In this document: positions 16,300 through 26,268 of the stretch, piece after piece
How positions within the stretch are numbered: the first letter of the stretch is position 1
Layout: the number at the start of each line of letters is the position of its first letter
Assembly: GCA_049472295.1 (NCBI GenBank)
Contig: JBLIRM010000002.1
Location: forward strand, 1 to 48,800
Length of the DNA stretch: 48,800 bases
Direction: 5' to 3'
Source of the DNA: a bacterium
GTDB lineage: Bacteria; SZUA-182; DTGQ01; JAFGSM01
Translations under genes and position numbers: made by a program
Notes under the pieces: model-generated
Told to the model about the DNA's origin: nothing
The model's input: only the letters and a program-made list of their open reading frames with translations
Database searches by the model: none

Positions 16300-16328
16300 T
16301 TGACATAGGCATGGAATCCATATTAAAT
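16300..16328 (+). promoter_or_regulatory. possible sigma70-type promoter (TTGACA-17-TTAAAT)
   Basis: TTGACA at 16300-16305, a 17-nt spacer, then TTAAAT at 16323-16328. It lies in the 60-80 nt gap before the phosphoglycerate mutase gene. Confidence 0.3.
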
Positions 16329-16355
16329 GGGTGAAAAATGGAGGTAAGGGAAAGG

Positions 16356-17654
16356 ATGAGATGTATCCTCATCATTCTGGATGGTATCGGTGACAGGGGC
16401 CAACCGGCCTTTAAAGGAAAGACACCCCTTCAGGCGGCATCCACGCCAAATCTGGACAGGCTTGCAGGCCTCGGTATGTGCGGCCTCTATCACAGCAGCC
16501 TTCAGGGCATCCCCATGCCCAGTGAAATCGCCCATTTTCTCATGTTCGGCTATGACAGCGATGAATTTCCCGGACGGGGGTTAATCGAGGCCCTGGGGTA
16601 CGGCATCCCGATGAAAGATGGGGATGTGGCGCTCCTTGCCCGGATCTTCTCCGTCTCCCCCTGGGAGAATCTTTTGGTACTCACCCATGAAGATCCTGAG
16701 ATCGATAAGGAGACCTGCCGGACCCTGCATGACGAGATCAGCTACTTCAAGGATGAAGCCATTGAGATGGAATTCCATCCCACCCGAGGGATCCAGGGGA
16801 TACTCCGGATGCGTGGGGAGGTATCCGCCCGGATCACGGATTCAAACCCCATCCGGGAGGGAAGGCCACTGATGGAGGTATGTCCGTATTTGGAAAGCAT
16901 CCAGGATCCGAGTGCAATCAAAACAGCCAGGGCATTGAACCGGTATCTTTTGTGGTGCCACAAAAGACTCGCCGCACATCCGGTCAATAAAGAGAGAACA
17001 AGAAAGGGCCTCCTCCCTATCAATGCTCTGGGGACCCAGAGACCCGGAATCAAAGGACCGATTGTCCCCTTTAATGAAAAATGGGGGCTCAGGGGGCTTT
17101 CCATTGCATCGGGTCCCGTGTTCTGGGGGCTTGCGAAATCCATCGGCATGGATATGATCAAGGAAAAGGACACCCGGGACCCGGGGACCGATTTCAGGCT
17201 GCGGCTTGCGCATGCCCAAAAGGCCCTGGATTACGATTTTATCCATGTTCACACGAAGATGCCTGATGTGGCATCCCACACCAAAAATCCCGATTATAAG
17301 AAACAGATCATAGAGCAGCTCGACAAGGCCCTTTCCTTTGCTGTGGATCATTTTGTTTCCGATCCGGAGATACTGATTGTGGTCACAGCGGATCATGCCA
17401 CTCCGAGCAGCGGTCCCATGATCCATTCGGGGGAAACCGTCCCTATCCTTATGGCCGGGAAGAATATCCGGAAGGATGCTGTAAAAGCATTCGATGAGGT
17501 CGCCTGTGCCTCTGGTGCTCTGGGGCTTGTCAAGGGAAAAGAATTGATGTACCTCGTTCTGAATCTCATGGACCGGGCCAAGCTGAAAGGGCTCATGGAC
17601 TCCCCGGTGGACCAGCCATACACGCCGGGTCCTTACAGACCTTTGAAGATCTGA
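16356..17654 (+). CDS. apgM: 2,3-bisphosphoglycerate-independent phosphoglycerate mutase, archaeal (ApgM) type
   Basis: ILIILDGIGDRGQPAFKGKTPLQAASTPNLDRLAGLGMCGL at the N-terminus, then HVHTKMPDVASH and VVTADHATPS. Start at ATG 16356 or ATG 16338. Confidence 0.75.
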   Translation: MRCILIILDGIGDRGQPAFKGKTPLQAASTPNLDRLAGLGMCGLYHSSLQGIPMPSEIAHFLMFGYDSDEFPGRGLIEALGYGIPMKDGDVALLARIFSVSPWENLLVLTHEDPEIDKETCRTLHDEISYFKDEAIEMEFHPTRGIQGILRMRGEVSARITDSNPIREGRPLMEVCPYLESIQDPSAIKTARALNRYLLWCHKRLAAHPVNKERTRKGLLPINALGTQRPGIKGPIVPFNEKWGLRGLSIASGPVFWGLAKSIGMDMIKEKDTRDPGTDFRLRLAHAQKALDYDFIHVHTKMPDVASHTKNPDYKKQIIEQLDKALSFAVDHFVSDPEILIVVTADHATPSSGPMIHSGETVPILMAGKNIRKDAVKAFDEVACASGALGLVKGKELMYLVLNLMDRAKLKGLMDSPVDQPYTPGPYRPLKI

Positions 17655-17830
17655 CATATCCGGATTGATCTTCATCCTATTTTTAATCTTTCCCAAAAAA
17701 ACTCAGAGACGCTTTCCTCAGGCAACATTTTACACTACTTTGATCTGAAAAGCCCTGGCCTCATCCGCCCACTCTGAAAACCGAAAATGCTATTTTCCCC
17801 GCTAAAAAGGACCCATAAAATCATTTTATG

Positions 17831-17858
17831 TTGACATTTTTTAACTACAGGATAGAAT
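17831..17858 (+). promoter_or_regulatory. possible sigma70-type promoter (TTGACA-16-TAGAAT)
   Basis: TTGACA at 17831-17836 and TAGAAT at 17853-17858, in an AT-rich 460-nt intergenic region about 255 nt upstream of the 18114 start. Confidence 0.35.
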
Positions 17859-18113
17859 AAAAATACACTATTTTTCTTCCCATTGATCAGATTCAGAGGC
17901 CCTTTAAATGGACTTTCTGAGGGTTGAATGAGCCAAATTCTGAAGATGGAAACCTCGTCTAATCATAATTAGCTTTAAAGATTTTGCATATATCTTAAAA
18001 TCAGATCATCTTGCGATTGTTGAAAGTGGAAACATGAGACTGTATTATGCTGTTCTTGGGGAGAACGGGGCCGAATGCCTCATTCTTCAAATAATTTAAA
18101 AGGGGGTAAACAA

Positions 18114-19148
18114 ATGAGTAAGAAAATAATGATTTTTTTATTTTTAATTTTGCTCCTTTTTTTTATTGGAGAGGGATATGCCAGTGGGGAAGCCAAAAGC
18201 ATTGCCGATATAGAAAATTCTACTTTTGGTCTATTATTGCAAGAGGATATTACCAAAGAAGAGATGGAGGCATTTGAAAACGAATTAATGGAATACATGA
18301 AGAGCACTGATTCTGAAGAAAGGCAGAAGTTGCTGGATTCTGTTGCCGACCTTGTTACAAGTGTTGAAACTGTAATATCAAGCCTCTGGGCAGAGGCGCT
18401 CACTGACGGGCTGAAGGATCCCAATGCACCATCAATTGATTCGAATAAAAAAAGGATAGAAAGGCTCAGGCAGGTAAAAAGCAGCCTTCAAATTGTAAGA
18501 ATCAGGCTGAGTGAAAAACTGCCCCTTGATAAAGGATGGGTTGAAGAATTTTCAACAAATTTTTATCTCGGCTACGAAGGGACCTCTGTCAGCGGGATAA
18601 AGGAGAAGGGAACAGCAAGAACAGAAATAATGATTTACAACCAGATTAGTGGTCCATTAGAGAAATCGGGAGATTGGGGTTTTCATGTATTCGGAAATAT
18701 TTTGCTGACAAGTTCGGCCGAGCAATCAACAGAAGATGAGAATCAAGAACCATCGATTGAGCAGGCAATTGAGGTAGACCTCAACTTGTATGTGCCTTGG
18801 GGATGCAAAATACAATCTTATGGATTATTGGCTGTTGGTCCAATCGGTGGCGCTGCAATAAGAAAGATTGATGATGTGGATAAATTTTCCAAAAAATATC
18901 TGGGAGGATTGCGTTTTGCTCACAGCCCTGAGTCATTTTTTGATGTCCTTTATGCGAAAACACAAAATGTGGAAGGCGACCGAGTAGAAATCCGTGGTCA
19001 GATACCAGTAGCGGAAATGTTAAATGGTAGAATTTTTATTGGGGGATCACTGAACTTTAGCACTGGTAGTGAAGGCCAAGAGAGTGATAATGTTCGTATG
19101 TATATCGCTTGGCAGGTAGACTTCAGCAACATATTCGCAATAGATTAA
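18114..19148 (+). CDS. secreted hypothetical protein (signal peptide; possible beta-rich C-terminal half)
   Basis: Start at ATG 18114, preceded by AAAGGGGG. The N-terminus MSKKIMIFLFLILLLFFIGEGYASGE is signal-peptide-like. The first half is helical and charged; the second half has alternating hydrophobic residues. The gene is visibly AT-richer than its neighbours. Confidence 0.6.
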   Translation: MSKKIMIFLFLILLLFFIGEGYASGEAKSIADIENSTFGLLLQEDITKEEMEAFENELMEYMKSTDSEERQKLLDSVADLVTSVETVISSLWAEALTDGLKDPNAPSIDSNKKRIERLRQVKSSLQIVRIRLSEKLPLDKGWVEEFSTNFYLGYEGTSVSGIKEKGTARTEIMIYNQISGPLEKSGDWGFHVFGNILLTSSAEQSTEDENQEPSIEQAIEVDLNLYVPWGCKIQSYGLLAVGPIGGAAIRKIDDVDKFSKKYLGGLRFAHSPESFFDVLYAKTQNVEGDRVEIRGQIPVAEMLNGRIFIGGSLNFSTGSEGQESDNVRMYIAWQVDFSNIFAID

Positions 19149-19293
19149 AATATAACTTCCATATAGTCATAAGACCCGTGATTCAATGAGATATGTCTTG
19201 AATGGAAAGCTTTACCGAATTAAAGCATCCTGAAAATAATCCCTAAAAGTATGAAGAGAGTCGGTTTCTAATATATACACATGGGACATCCCT

Positions 19294-20907
19294 ATGGTCA
19301 ATACTCCATCATCCTTGGAAACACTCAGCCGGGACATGTTCGAAACCCTCGCCCGGACGTTTCCCATTGCCTGCGCCACGGACGAGTTTTTTTATTTCCC
19401 GCAAATCCGGCTCCCTGAAGTCGAATGGGAGGCATGGGATGATTTTTCCGGGGATAGCGTCACTGAAACCATTCGAAGGCTGTCCGCCTGGGAGGATGCG
19501 CTCGATCTGCTGGCCTCGCATCCATCTGATCCGGATGAGCAGATCGATATCCGCCGTCTTCAAAAGATGGCCCGGACCCTCAGGGAACAGCTATCAGAAG
19601 TAAGATTCTGGGAAACCCAGCCCACGTTCTATCTGACACTCGTGTGTATCGGGCTGGCCGAGGCACTGGAGGCCGAGGACCCGGCTGCAAAACGCAAGCG
19701 GACAAGAAACCTTCCGGCCTTTCTGGATAAGGCAGGCTGCAATCTGAAGCGCATGCCTGTGCTTTTTCGGGACCTGGGTCTGGAAATGCTATCTGATACC
19801 AGGGATTATCTTTTGAGCCTTCAGGAAATACTCCCTGAAATCCGGCCCGCATTCAAAGCCCTGGAACGGTTTGATAAGGCGATCCGGCAGGGATCAACCC
19901 GTGATGATTTCATCCTGCCGGATGAACTCCTGGAACGCATCATCCGCTCTCATATCCATTGTGACATGGATATCAGGGAGATCAATCGGACCCTTGATCA
20001 GGAAATCAGGGAGATGCAGGAGATCATGGAGCAGGAAGCGGGAAATCTTCTCTCGAAAGGAGCCTCTGGTTATCATTTAAAAGGTTTGAAAGAGGCACTC
20101 GAAAAGATCCCCATGCCGCCATTAGGAAAAGAAGGGCTGCTCGGACTTTATAGGGGGGCAGTCGATAGCTTGACCGAACACTGTCTGGAGCAGGGAGTGG
20201 TTCCGCCTGATCTGCCATCCTCCTGTCCGGTCCGTGTGGCGCCCATGCCATCCTATCTCTCGGCAATCCGCACGGCCTCCAGTTACAGCATCCCCCCCAA
20301 ACATCCCCCTTCAGGCGGGACATTCTATATCGTCAATACCCATATGCCGGATGAGGCCAAACAGGGATATCAGCTCGAGTACCGGATGCTTTCGGCCCAT
20401 GAGACCTATCCCGGACATCACCTGCTGGATTCGTTCAGGTGGGGTCTTGAACGACCCTGCCGAAGGGCCGTCGAACAACCTATTTTCTATGAGGGATGGG
20501 CCTGTTTTTCGGAAGAGGTCATGAGGCTCACAGGGTATTTTTCCGGACCTGCCGACCGCCTGCTGCTGGCCAAACGCAGGCTTTGGCGTGCCATCAGGGG
20601 CAAGGTGGATATCGGCCTTCAGACCGGAAGCATGGATTTTGAGACTGCAGCAGGATATCTGGGCAAAACAGGGATCGGCATGAAAAGGGCCCTTTCTTCG
20701 GTAAGAAAATATCCGTTGAATCCGGGATACCGGCTCTGTTACACCCTGGGAATTCGCCGTTTTCTGAGCCTTTTTCAACGCTATGGCAAGAATCACTTGA
20801 AAAAGTTTGTACATACGGTATTATCTCAGGGAGAAATCAATTTTGCGGACCTTGAAAAAATACTCGAGAACATCAATCACAGGACGCCGCCTGCCGCCGG
20901 TTATTAG
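19294..20907 (+). CDS. DUF885-family protein (putative metallopeptidase-like)
   Basis: 537 aa. HETYPGHHL and the surrounding EGWACFSEEV resemble the conserved DUF885 core (E-x-YPGHH...EGWA). Confidence 0.65.
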   Translation: MVNTPSSLETLSRDMFETLARTFPIACATDEFFYFPQIRLPEVEWEAWDDFSGDSVTETIRRLSAWEDALDLLASHPSDPDEQIDIRRLQKMARTLREQLSEVRFWETQPTFYLTLVCIGLAEALEAEDPAAKRKRTRNLPAFLDKAGCNLKRMPVLFRDLGLEMLSDTRDYLLSLQEILPEIRPAFKALERFDKAIRQGSTRDDFILPDELLERIIRSHIHCDMDIREINRTLDQEIREMQEIMEQEAGNLLSKGASGYHLKGLKEALEKIPMPPLGKEGLLGLYRGAVDSLTEHCLEQGVVPPDLPSSCPVRVAPMPSYLSAIRTASSYSIPPKHPPSGGTFYIVNTHMPDEAKQGYQLEYRMLSAHETYPGHHLLDSFRWGLERPCRRAVEQPIFYEGWACFSEEVMRLTGYFSGPADRLLLAKRRLWRAIRGKVDIGLQTGSMDFETAAGYLGKTGIGMKRALSSVRKYPLNPGYRLCYTLGIRRFLSLFQRYGKNHLKKFVHTVLSQGEINFADLEKILENINHRTPPAAGY

Positions 20908-22325
20908 TGATCAGCAGATCAGAAAGGGGAAGGAGCTTGGATCAGTTTCTTGGATATCATTCGGAATGGAACCTGGGAAGCCCGGGAGGCTGGGACTACC
21001 AAAGGATCACACAGATTATCGGCAAGACTATCTGGGAATCCCACATCCGGAAGAACTCTCCGGATATCCATCTGGACTTTGATCATGCCTTACTACATCC
21101 TCTGAACGGTTTCGTGAGCATGCTGCAGGAGGCGCATCATTCGAGGGAAGGTTCGAATCCCGGTTTGATCGCTGTGGTTGCCGAGGAGGAGACCCTGGAA
21201 AATGTGGTGGAAAACAAAAACCTTGTTAAGCGCCTGAACAGCATCGATGGGCTGAGCGGTGCGCTCATGGCGCCCCATGAGTTGGAACTGCAAAACGGCA
21301 TTGTTTGCTGGCATAACCAACCGGTATCCTTGATCTTCATGGACTTTAATACGGATGTGCTTCTTAATCTGCACAGAAGACATGGCCTGGCCCCCTTGCT
21401 GCAGGCGGTCAGCGAACGCAGGGTCATCAATCCCAGGGGCACCGAACCCATCAATGCCAAGAGCATGTTCGAGGTGGTCACCGACCCCGGCAATCCGGAA
21501 CGCTTCCACACGGAGACCATCCAACGCACCCCCTGGACACGCCAGTTTTATCCCCGTCAGACCCTGGGTCCGGATGGTGAATCCATTCCCGAACTCGTGG
21601 AATGGACCCGGTCGAACTGGGAGCATCTCGTGCTCAAACCGGAACGGGGATATTCCGGGAAGGGGGTGAAGGTTGGCGGGATAAACCGGGATATAGACGA
21701 GATCATCGATCTTGCCATTGAAACGGGAGACTATATTGTCCAGAAAAAGGTGCCCCTGGATCTTTGGGGAGAGATGATACCTGAACTGGATTTTGAGGAT
21801 CAAGAGGTCAAGGCTGCCCGGTATCAGACGGATTTCCGGAGCTTCTTCGGTCCGAATGGGCTGTATGGTTTCCTGGGCAGATACGGGGGTGTGCCTACCA
21901 ATGTGGGCAGCGGTGGTGGTGTTCAGCCGCTTGCAGTGCTGCGCTCAGATCTGAGTGTGGGTGAAGCCACCAAACGGATCAACGATGCGATCCTGAGGAT
22001 GGATTTCGGCGATGTGATGGATGCTGTCGAAAACCAGAAAAAGATGGCCATGGATCACGGATTGATCTATCTTCTGGGTCCCATTAAGATGGCTTTGCGA
22101 CCCCGGTTGATAACTACCGGACAGATGAGGGCCATCGGAGCATACTGCGCCGGTATCTGGGCCGATTGCCGGATGATGGAAAGGATGTGGCTCGCCGGGG
22201 AACTGAATGTCAGAGTAAACCTGGACCCTGAAGAGCTTGCAATCATCAGGTCTCAGCCATGGGGAGGCTCGCCCGCCATCTTTGCCTCGGACGGTCTTTT
22301 TAGTTTTGGCGCCCATATCCAATGA
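20907..22325 (+). CDS. ATP-grasp-fold ligase-like protein (family unassigned)
   Basis: 472 aa. HLVLKPERGYSGKGVKVGG followed by DYIVQKKV is typical of the ATP-grasp central domain. The GTG start overlaps the upstream TAG by 1 nt, and the stop overlaps the next ATG (ATGA). The start codon is uncertain. Confidence 0.5.
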   Translation: MISRSERGRSLDQFLGYHSEWNLGSPGGWDYQRITQIIGKTIWESHIRKNSPDIHLDFDHALLHPLNGFVSMLQEAHHSREGSNPGLIAVVAEEETLENVVENKNLVKRLNSIDGLSGALMAPHELELQNGIVCWHNQPVSLIFMDFNTDVLLNLHRRHGLAPLLQAVSERRVINPRGTEPINAKSMFEVVTDPGNPERFHTETIQRTPWTRQFYPRQTLGPDGESIPELVEWTRSNWEHLVLKPERGYSGKGVKVGGINRDIDEIIDLAIETGDYIVQKKVPLDLWGEMIPELDFEDQEVKAARYQTDFRSFFGPNGLYGFLGRYGGVPTNVGSGGGVQPLAVLRSDLSVGEATKRINDAILRMDFGDVMDAVENQKKMAMDHGLIYLLGPIKMALRPRLITTGQMRAIGAYCAGIWADCRMMERMWLAGELNVRVNLDPEELAIIRSQPWGGSPAIFASDGLFSFGAHIQ

Positions 22326-23140
22326 ATATCCCGGTGGATCATAACTGGTGGAAGGATCTCTTCGACGAGATCTATCTCCTTACGGATGCCCGTTCCGTCT
22401 GTGATGAAGGTCTGACCAGGCAGGAGGTCGATTTCCTCGAAAATACCCTGGGGTTTGACAAATCCGCCCCCATTCTGGACCTGTGCGGGGGACAGGGCAG
22501 GCACTCTCTGGAGCTTTCCAGACGTGGTTTTTCGAATGTAACAGTGCTGGACTATTCCGGATACCTGGTAAACCTGGGTGAAAAAAGGGCCAGAGAGGAA
22601 GCCCTCAATACCCGTTTCATTCAGGGGGATGCCAGAGATACAGGTCTGCCCGGACAGAGCTTCCTTTTCATAATCATTATGGCCAGTTCCTTCGGATATT
22701 TTGCGGATGAAGAGGAAAACAGGAAGATACTCAACGAGGCATTCCGACTGCTCGCATACAACGGGACGCTGCTGCTGGATCTACCTGACAGGGATTATGT
22801 CCTGCAGAAATTCAGGCCCTTTTCCTCCCATAAGGTGAACGAAGAGATCTATGTCAACCGTGAGAGGGAATTGGGTGCGGATATTATCTATAGCAGGGAA
22901 ATGGTTATGTCCGGAGAGAATGGATGCATCCGGGACAGGACCTACTGCACCCGTCTTTACACCCATGAAAAGATCTCGGACCTGATGGGGTCTGCAGGTT
23001 TTTCCTCGATCACCTGTATCAGGGATTTCATGAACCGCGAATCCGCGGGAGACTATGGCTGCATGACCAACCGGATGATCATTACAGGGAAAAAGGATTC
23101 GGGGAGATCCGCAACGCTCGATTCCGGAGGCAATTATTAA
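22322..23140 (+). CDS. class I SAM-dependent methyltransferase
   Basis: Motif I ILDLCGGQGRHSLELSRRG, an acidic post-I residue (VLDYS), and motif II/III-like FIIIMASSFGYF. Confidence 0.8.
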   Translation: MNIPVDHNWWKDLFDEIYLLTDARSVCDEGLTRQEVDFLENTLGFDKSAPILDLCGGQGRHSLELSRRGFSNVTVLDYSGYLVNLGEKRAREEALNTRFIQGDARDTGLPGQSFLFIIIMASSFGYFADEEENRKILNEAFRLLAYNGTLLLDLPDRDYVLQKFRPFSSHKVNEEIYVNRERELGADIIYSREMVMSGENGCIRDRTYCTRLYTHEKISDLMGSAGFSSITCIRDFMNRESAGDYGCMTNRMIITGKKDSGRSATLDSGGNY

Positions 23141-23174
23141 GTATCCGATATGATATTAAAGGGCCTGCCAGCCT

Positions 23175-24920
23175 TTATTGATTTTTCAAAAATATGAAAC
23201 ATTCATTATCCATGTTCTCGCCACTGGTTACTTCTACATTTAATTCTGCGGAACATGACTGCGATCCCGAACTCGCATCTCTGACCAGAACAGTAAACAT
23301 CCTTTTTGCGGAGCATGGGTTATTTGTTTTGATCGTATAATCCTCCGTATCCCCAGAAATCTCGAAACAGGCTGTTGTATTCGGATCAAAGGCCGCTTCT
23401 GTGAGTTCGATATTGATCGCGGATCCCTTTGTTAGAGGATTCCCCAGGCTGTCCGCCACAACAATGTAAAACACTTTTGATCCGGCGATATCTACAGTAG
23501 GGGCACCGGAAGGATTCACTGTAGTCCTCAGCGGGGTCGGACTGACCGGGATATTTCCGCGCCCGAATTCCGAAATGGGAGGCATTTCATCATAGATCCA
23601 TATCTCTGAATGACCTGAAAAAAGGATCTCACCATCGCCCCAGACAAAGAGTCTTTCATCCCACTGCCCGTTTTCCGAATCCCACTGATTCTCGTTGGGA
23701 AACAAAGGGAACTGATCCCGGAAAGGCTCACCCACATCATAGGCGCCATTCCGGTTATCATCGCGGTAAGGCTCGGGTATATCGTGGCAGCATAAGAGGA
23801 AAATGTCCTCGTCATCGTAAATGCCATTGGAATTCTTATCTATATAGCTTTCCTGTCCCATCGTGTAAGCCATAACCGTAACGAAGCCATCGAACGGTTT
23901 GGGATCCTGACTGGTCAAGGTTGCCTCGGCATGTCCGGACGCATCCGTTGAAGCAGTGGCAGTAATTGATCCGGATTCTGCTGTAAAATATACTATGGTC
24001 CCTTCAGGCACAGGGTTGCCGAATTGATCCGCCAGCCTAACGGATATATCGGTCGTTAATCCATCCCATACAATACCGGCAATATTTAATTCAGTGGCAG
24101 ATATGCTGAAATGATCGGCATCCGGAAGACCCGAATGGATGGCCAGCTCTCGGGAGGTGGTTTCCAGCAGGATATCATCCAGTTCCACCCGGGCCACCAC
24201 TGCAACCGTTCCTGAGACCCTCCCGCTGTTGAGGAATGTGCTTACCATGCCGTTCTGCGTGTAATCATAATCATAGCTCAGATATTCATCCCCGCTGACC
24301 CCCAGCAAGGAGAACTCCACCTCAATGCCATCCTCAACCGGTTTGCCCAGAGTATCTTTTACAATGAATGAGACCTCCACTGTTTCAGTCCGGCCGGAAC
24401 CTTTAACCCCGAGCACCTTCTGACCGAGTGAAATATATTCAATGCTGCCTGCGGAGCTTAAGGGTTCTATCTGCAGAATCAACTCCTTTTCTATCGTGCC
24501 GCATCTCACCGTAATGGTTGTAAATCCTGTGGAATTACCGGCGGTAAATGTGACCAATGCCCTCCCCTGCTGGTTCGTAGTGGCAGAGAGCGGAATGGAG
24601 GTACCCGGCATATTTGAAGAGAAATAAACCTTTACCCCTGATGAGACCGGGTTTTGATCTGTATCATAAATGTTGGCGATGATGGTTGAGTTTCCATTCA
24701 GACTGACGGCCTCCGGTGTGGCTATAATCTCGATCTCCTGAATTGAGGAAGTACCTTCAAAAGCCCCGGCCTCAAAGGAAGGATCATTGATTGGTTCGTT
24801 GCCGCAGCCCGTAAAAAGGGAAAAAACAAGAAGCGTGATGACGATATAAGCCAAAGGTCCATATGAGAAACCATCCCCTGCCCTCTTTTTCCAATGGAAA
24901 GTCAAAGGAAATATACTCAT
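23175..24920 (-). CDS. lipoprotein with tandem bacterial Ig-like (Big_1/invasin-type) domains
   Basis: Start at the ATG at 24920 (GAGGAGG RBS). Lipobox LFTGC. Repeated segments of the type ...ANIYDTDQNPVSSGVKVYFSS...GRALVTFTAG...TITV and ...QFGNPVPEGTIVYFTAESG...GHAEATLTS. Confidence 0.7.
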   Translation of the reverse strand: MSIFPLTFHWKKRAGDGFSYGPLAYIVITLLVFSLFTGCGNEPINDPSFEAGAFEGTSSIQEIEIIATPEAVSLNGNSTIIANIYDTDQNPVSSGVKVYFSSNMPGTSIPLSATTNQQGRALVTFTAGNSTGFTTITVRCGTIEKELILQIEPLSSAGSIEYISLGQKVLGVKGSGRTETVEVSFIVKDTLGKPVEDGIEVEFSLLGVSGDEYLSYDYDYTQNGMVSTFLNSGRVSGTVAVVARVELDDILLETTSRELAIHSGLPDADHFSISATELNIAGIVWDGLTTDISVRLADQFGNPVPEGTIVYFTAESGSITATASTDASGHAEATLTSQDPKPFDGFVTVMAYTMGQESYIDKNSNGIYDDEDIFLLCCHDIPEPYRDDNRNGAYDVGEPFRDQFPLFPNENQWDSENGQWDERLFVWGDGEILFSGHSEIWIYDEMPPISEFGRGNIPVSPTPLRTTVNPSGAPTVDIAGSKVFYIVVADSLGNPLTKGSAINIELTEAAFDPNTTACFEISGDTEDYTIKTNNPCSAKRMFTVLVRDASSGSQSCSAELNVEVTSGENMDNECFIFLKNQ

Positions 24921-25424
24921 TTCTTTCCTCCTCGGTGTTTTGAAGAATTTATATTTATTTATAAAAAATCCGGGATCTGTCATTAAAACTTTTCAGATGA
25001 GAAAGGAATAAAAATCCAATAAACAAGAAGTATCTTGAAGAATAATCGATTTTTTTTAAAAAAAAGAAACTTTAATATAATTTTACGCAATCCTGACCGA
25101 TATTGTCAAGGGATGGGCATCAGGGCAATCAGATAAGGTATGATCTTATATTGATCACCCGGATTAAATCATATTCCCGGATCGAAGCAAAATCCTCTTT
25201 AATCTCTTCTTTAAAGCATTTACATGAAATTTTTCAACTAATTATTTGTTTTTAAGAACTTTCATCCCTCGGTGTGATCGAAAGATCATGGTTGTTAGAC
25301 ATGATTTGATTTTCTTTGATTACGGGTATATTTTAAAAACATCCTTCCCTGAATCGAACCCGTTCGAGAGGTATATAAAGGGATGTTCACATTTTGAAAT
25401 GTCAATATACGGAGAAAAGCAAAG

Positions 25425-26024
25425 ATGAAACGATCGCCTCTGACGCATGAAAGGATTTTCAGAGATCAGGCATTTGCTGAAAATTATGTCAGAAGACACC
25501 GGAAGATGGTGGAAAGATTCGGCTATGAATATGCCGGAAAGCTATCTTCCCGCGGTTTTAAAAATGGCAGGATCATCGATGTGGGTTGTGGATGCGGAGG
25601 AACGGACATGGTGATCGCACACGATTTTCCTGATTGTGAGATTGTGGGGATTGATCTTTCCGAACCACTCGTTTGCCTTGCAAACCAGGCGGCTCAAGCT
25701 GCCAATCTGGAAAAACGAATGATATTCCTGATGGGGGATGTCCATCGGATCCCATTTGATGATGCGTCCTTCCAGGTGGTACTGAACATCAACATGGTTC
25801 ACCTGGTGGAGCATCCCATACAGATGCTGAATGAGATGGAAAGGGTCCTTGCCCCGGATGGTCTTCTTTTCATAGCTGATTTGAGACGATCCTGGCTTGG
25901 CTTTATGGAGAATGAGATCAAATCGTCGCTGACCGTTCATGAGGCTGAAGATCTGATAGGCTGTTCGCAATTGAGGAATGGTGCTTTTTACTCAAGCTTA
26001 CTCTGGTGGCGGTTCGAGGCATAA
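25425..26024 (+). CDS. class I SAM-dependent methyltransferase
   Basis: IIDVGCGCGG (motif I), IVGIDLSE and VVLNINMVHLVEH. Confidence 0.75.
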   Translation: MKRSPLTHERIFRDQAFAENYVRRHRKMVERFGYEYAGKLSSRGFKNGRIIDVGCGCGGTDMVIAHDFPDCEIVGIDLSEPLVCLANQAAQAANLEKRMIFLMGDVHRIPFDDASFQVVLNINMVHLVEHPIQMLNEMERVLAPDGLLFIADLRRSWLGFMENEIKSSLTVHEAEDLIGCSQLRNGAFYSSLLWWRFEA

Positions 26025-26061
26025 AAGGTAAGGGAGAGTCTGCTCCTATTTTTGATCCGGA

Positions 26062-26268
26062 ATGACCGGGGGGATCAAGGTGCCTTATAAAAGGATTCCT
26101 GGGTTCAAGGGAAAACTCTATATTCCGGAAATGAACAAAGGCCCAAAAAAACATGACTGTAAGGATTGCTATTCCTGTCAGATGTGCAGCGACGCCAGAT
26201 GCAATTTGTGCCTTAAAAAGAGGGCATCCAAGCGTAAAAAGGGGGAAAATCTTCATGAAAACGGTTAG
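26062..26268 (+). CDS. small basic Cys-rich protein (hypothetical)
   Basis: 68 aa with CKDCYSCQMCSDARCNLC (CX2CX2CX2CX4CX2C) between Lys/Arg-rich flanks. It overlaps the start of the downstream gene by 14 nt. Whether it is coding is not certain. Confidence 0.45.
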   Translation: MTGGIKVPYKRIPGFKGKLYIPEMNKGPKKHDCKDCYSCQMCSDARCNLCLKKRASKRKKGENLHENG

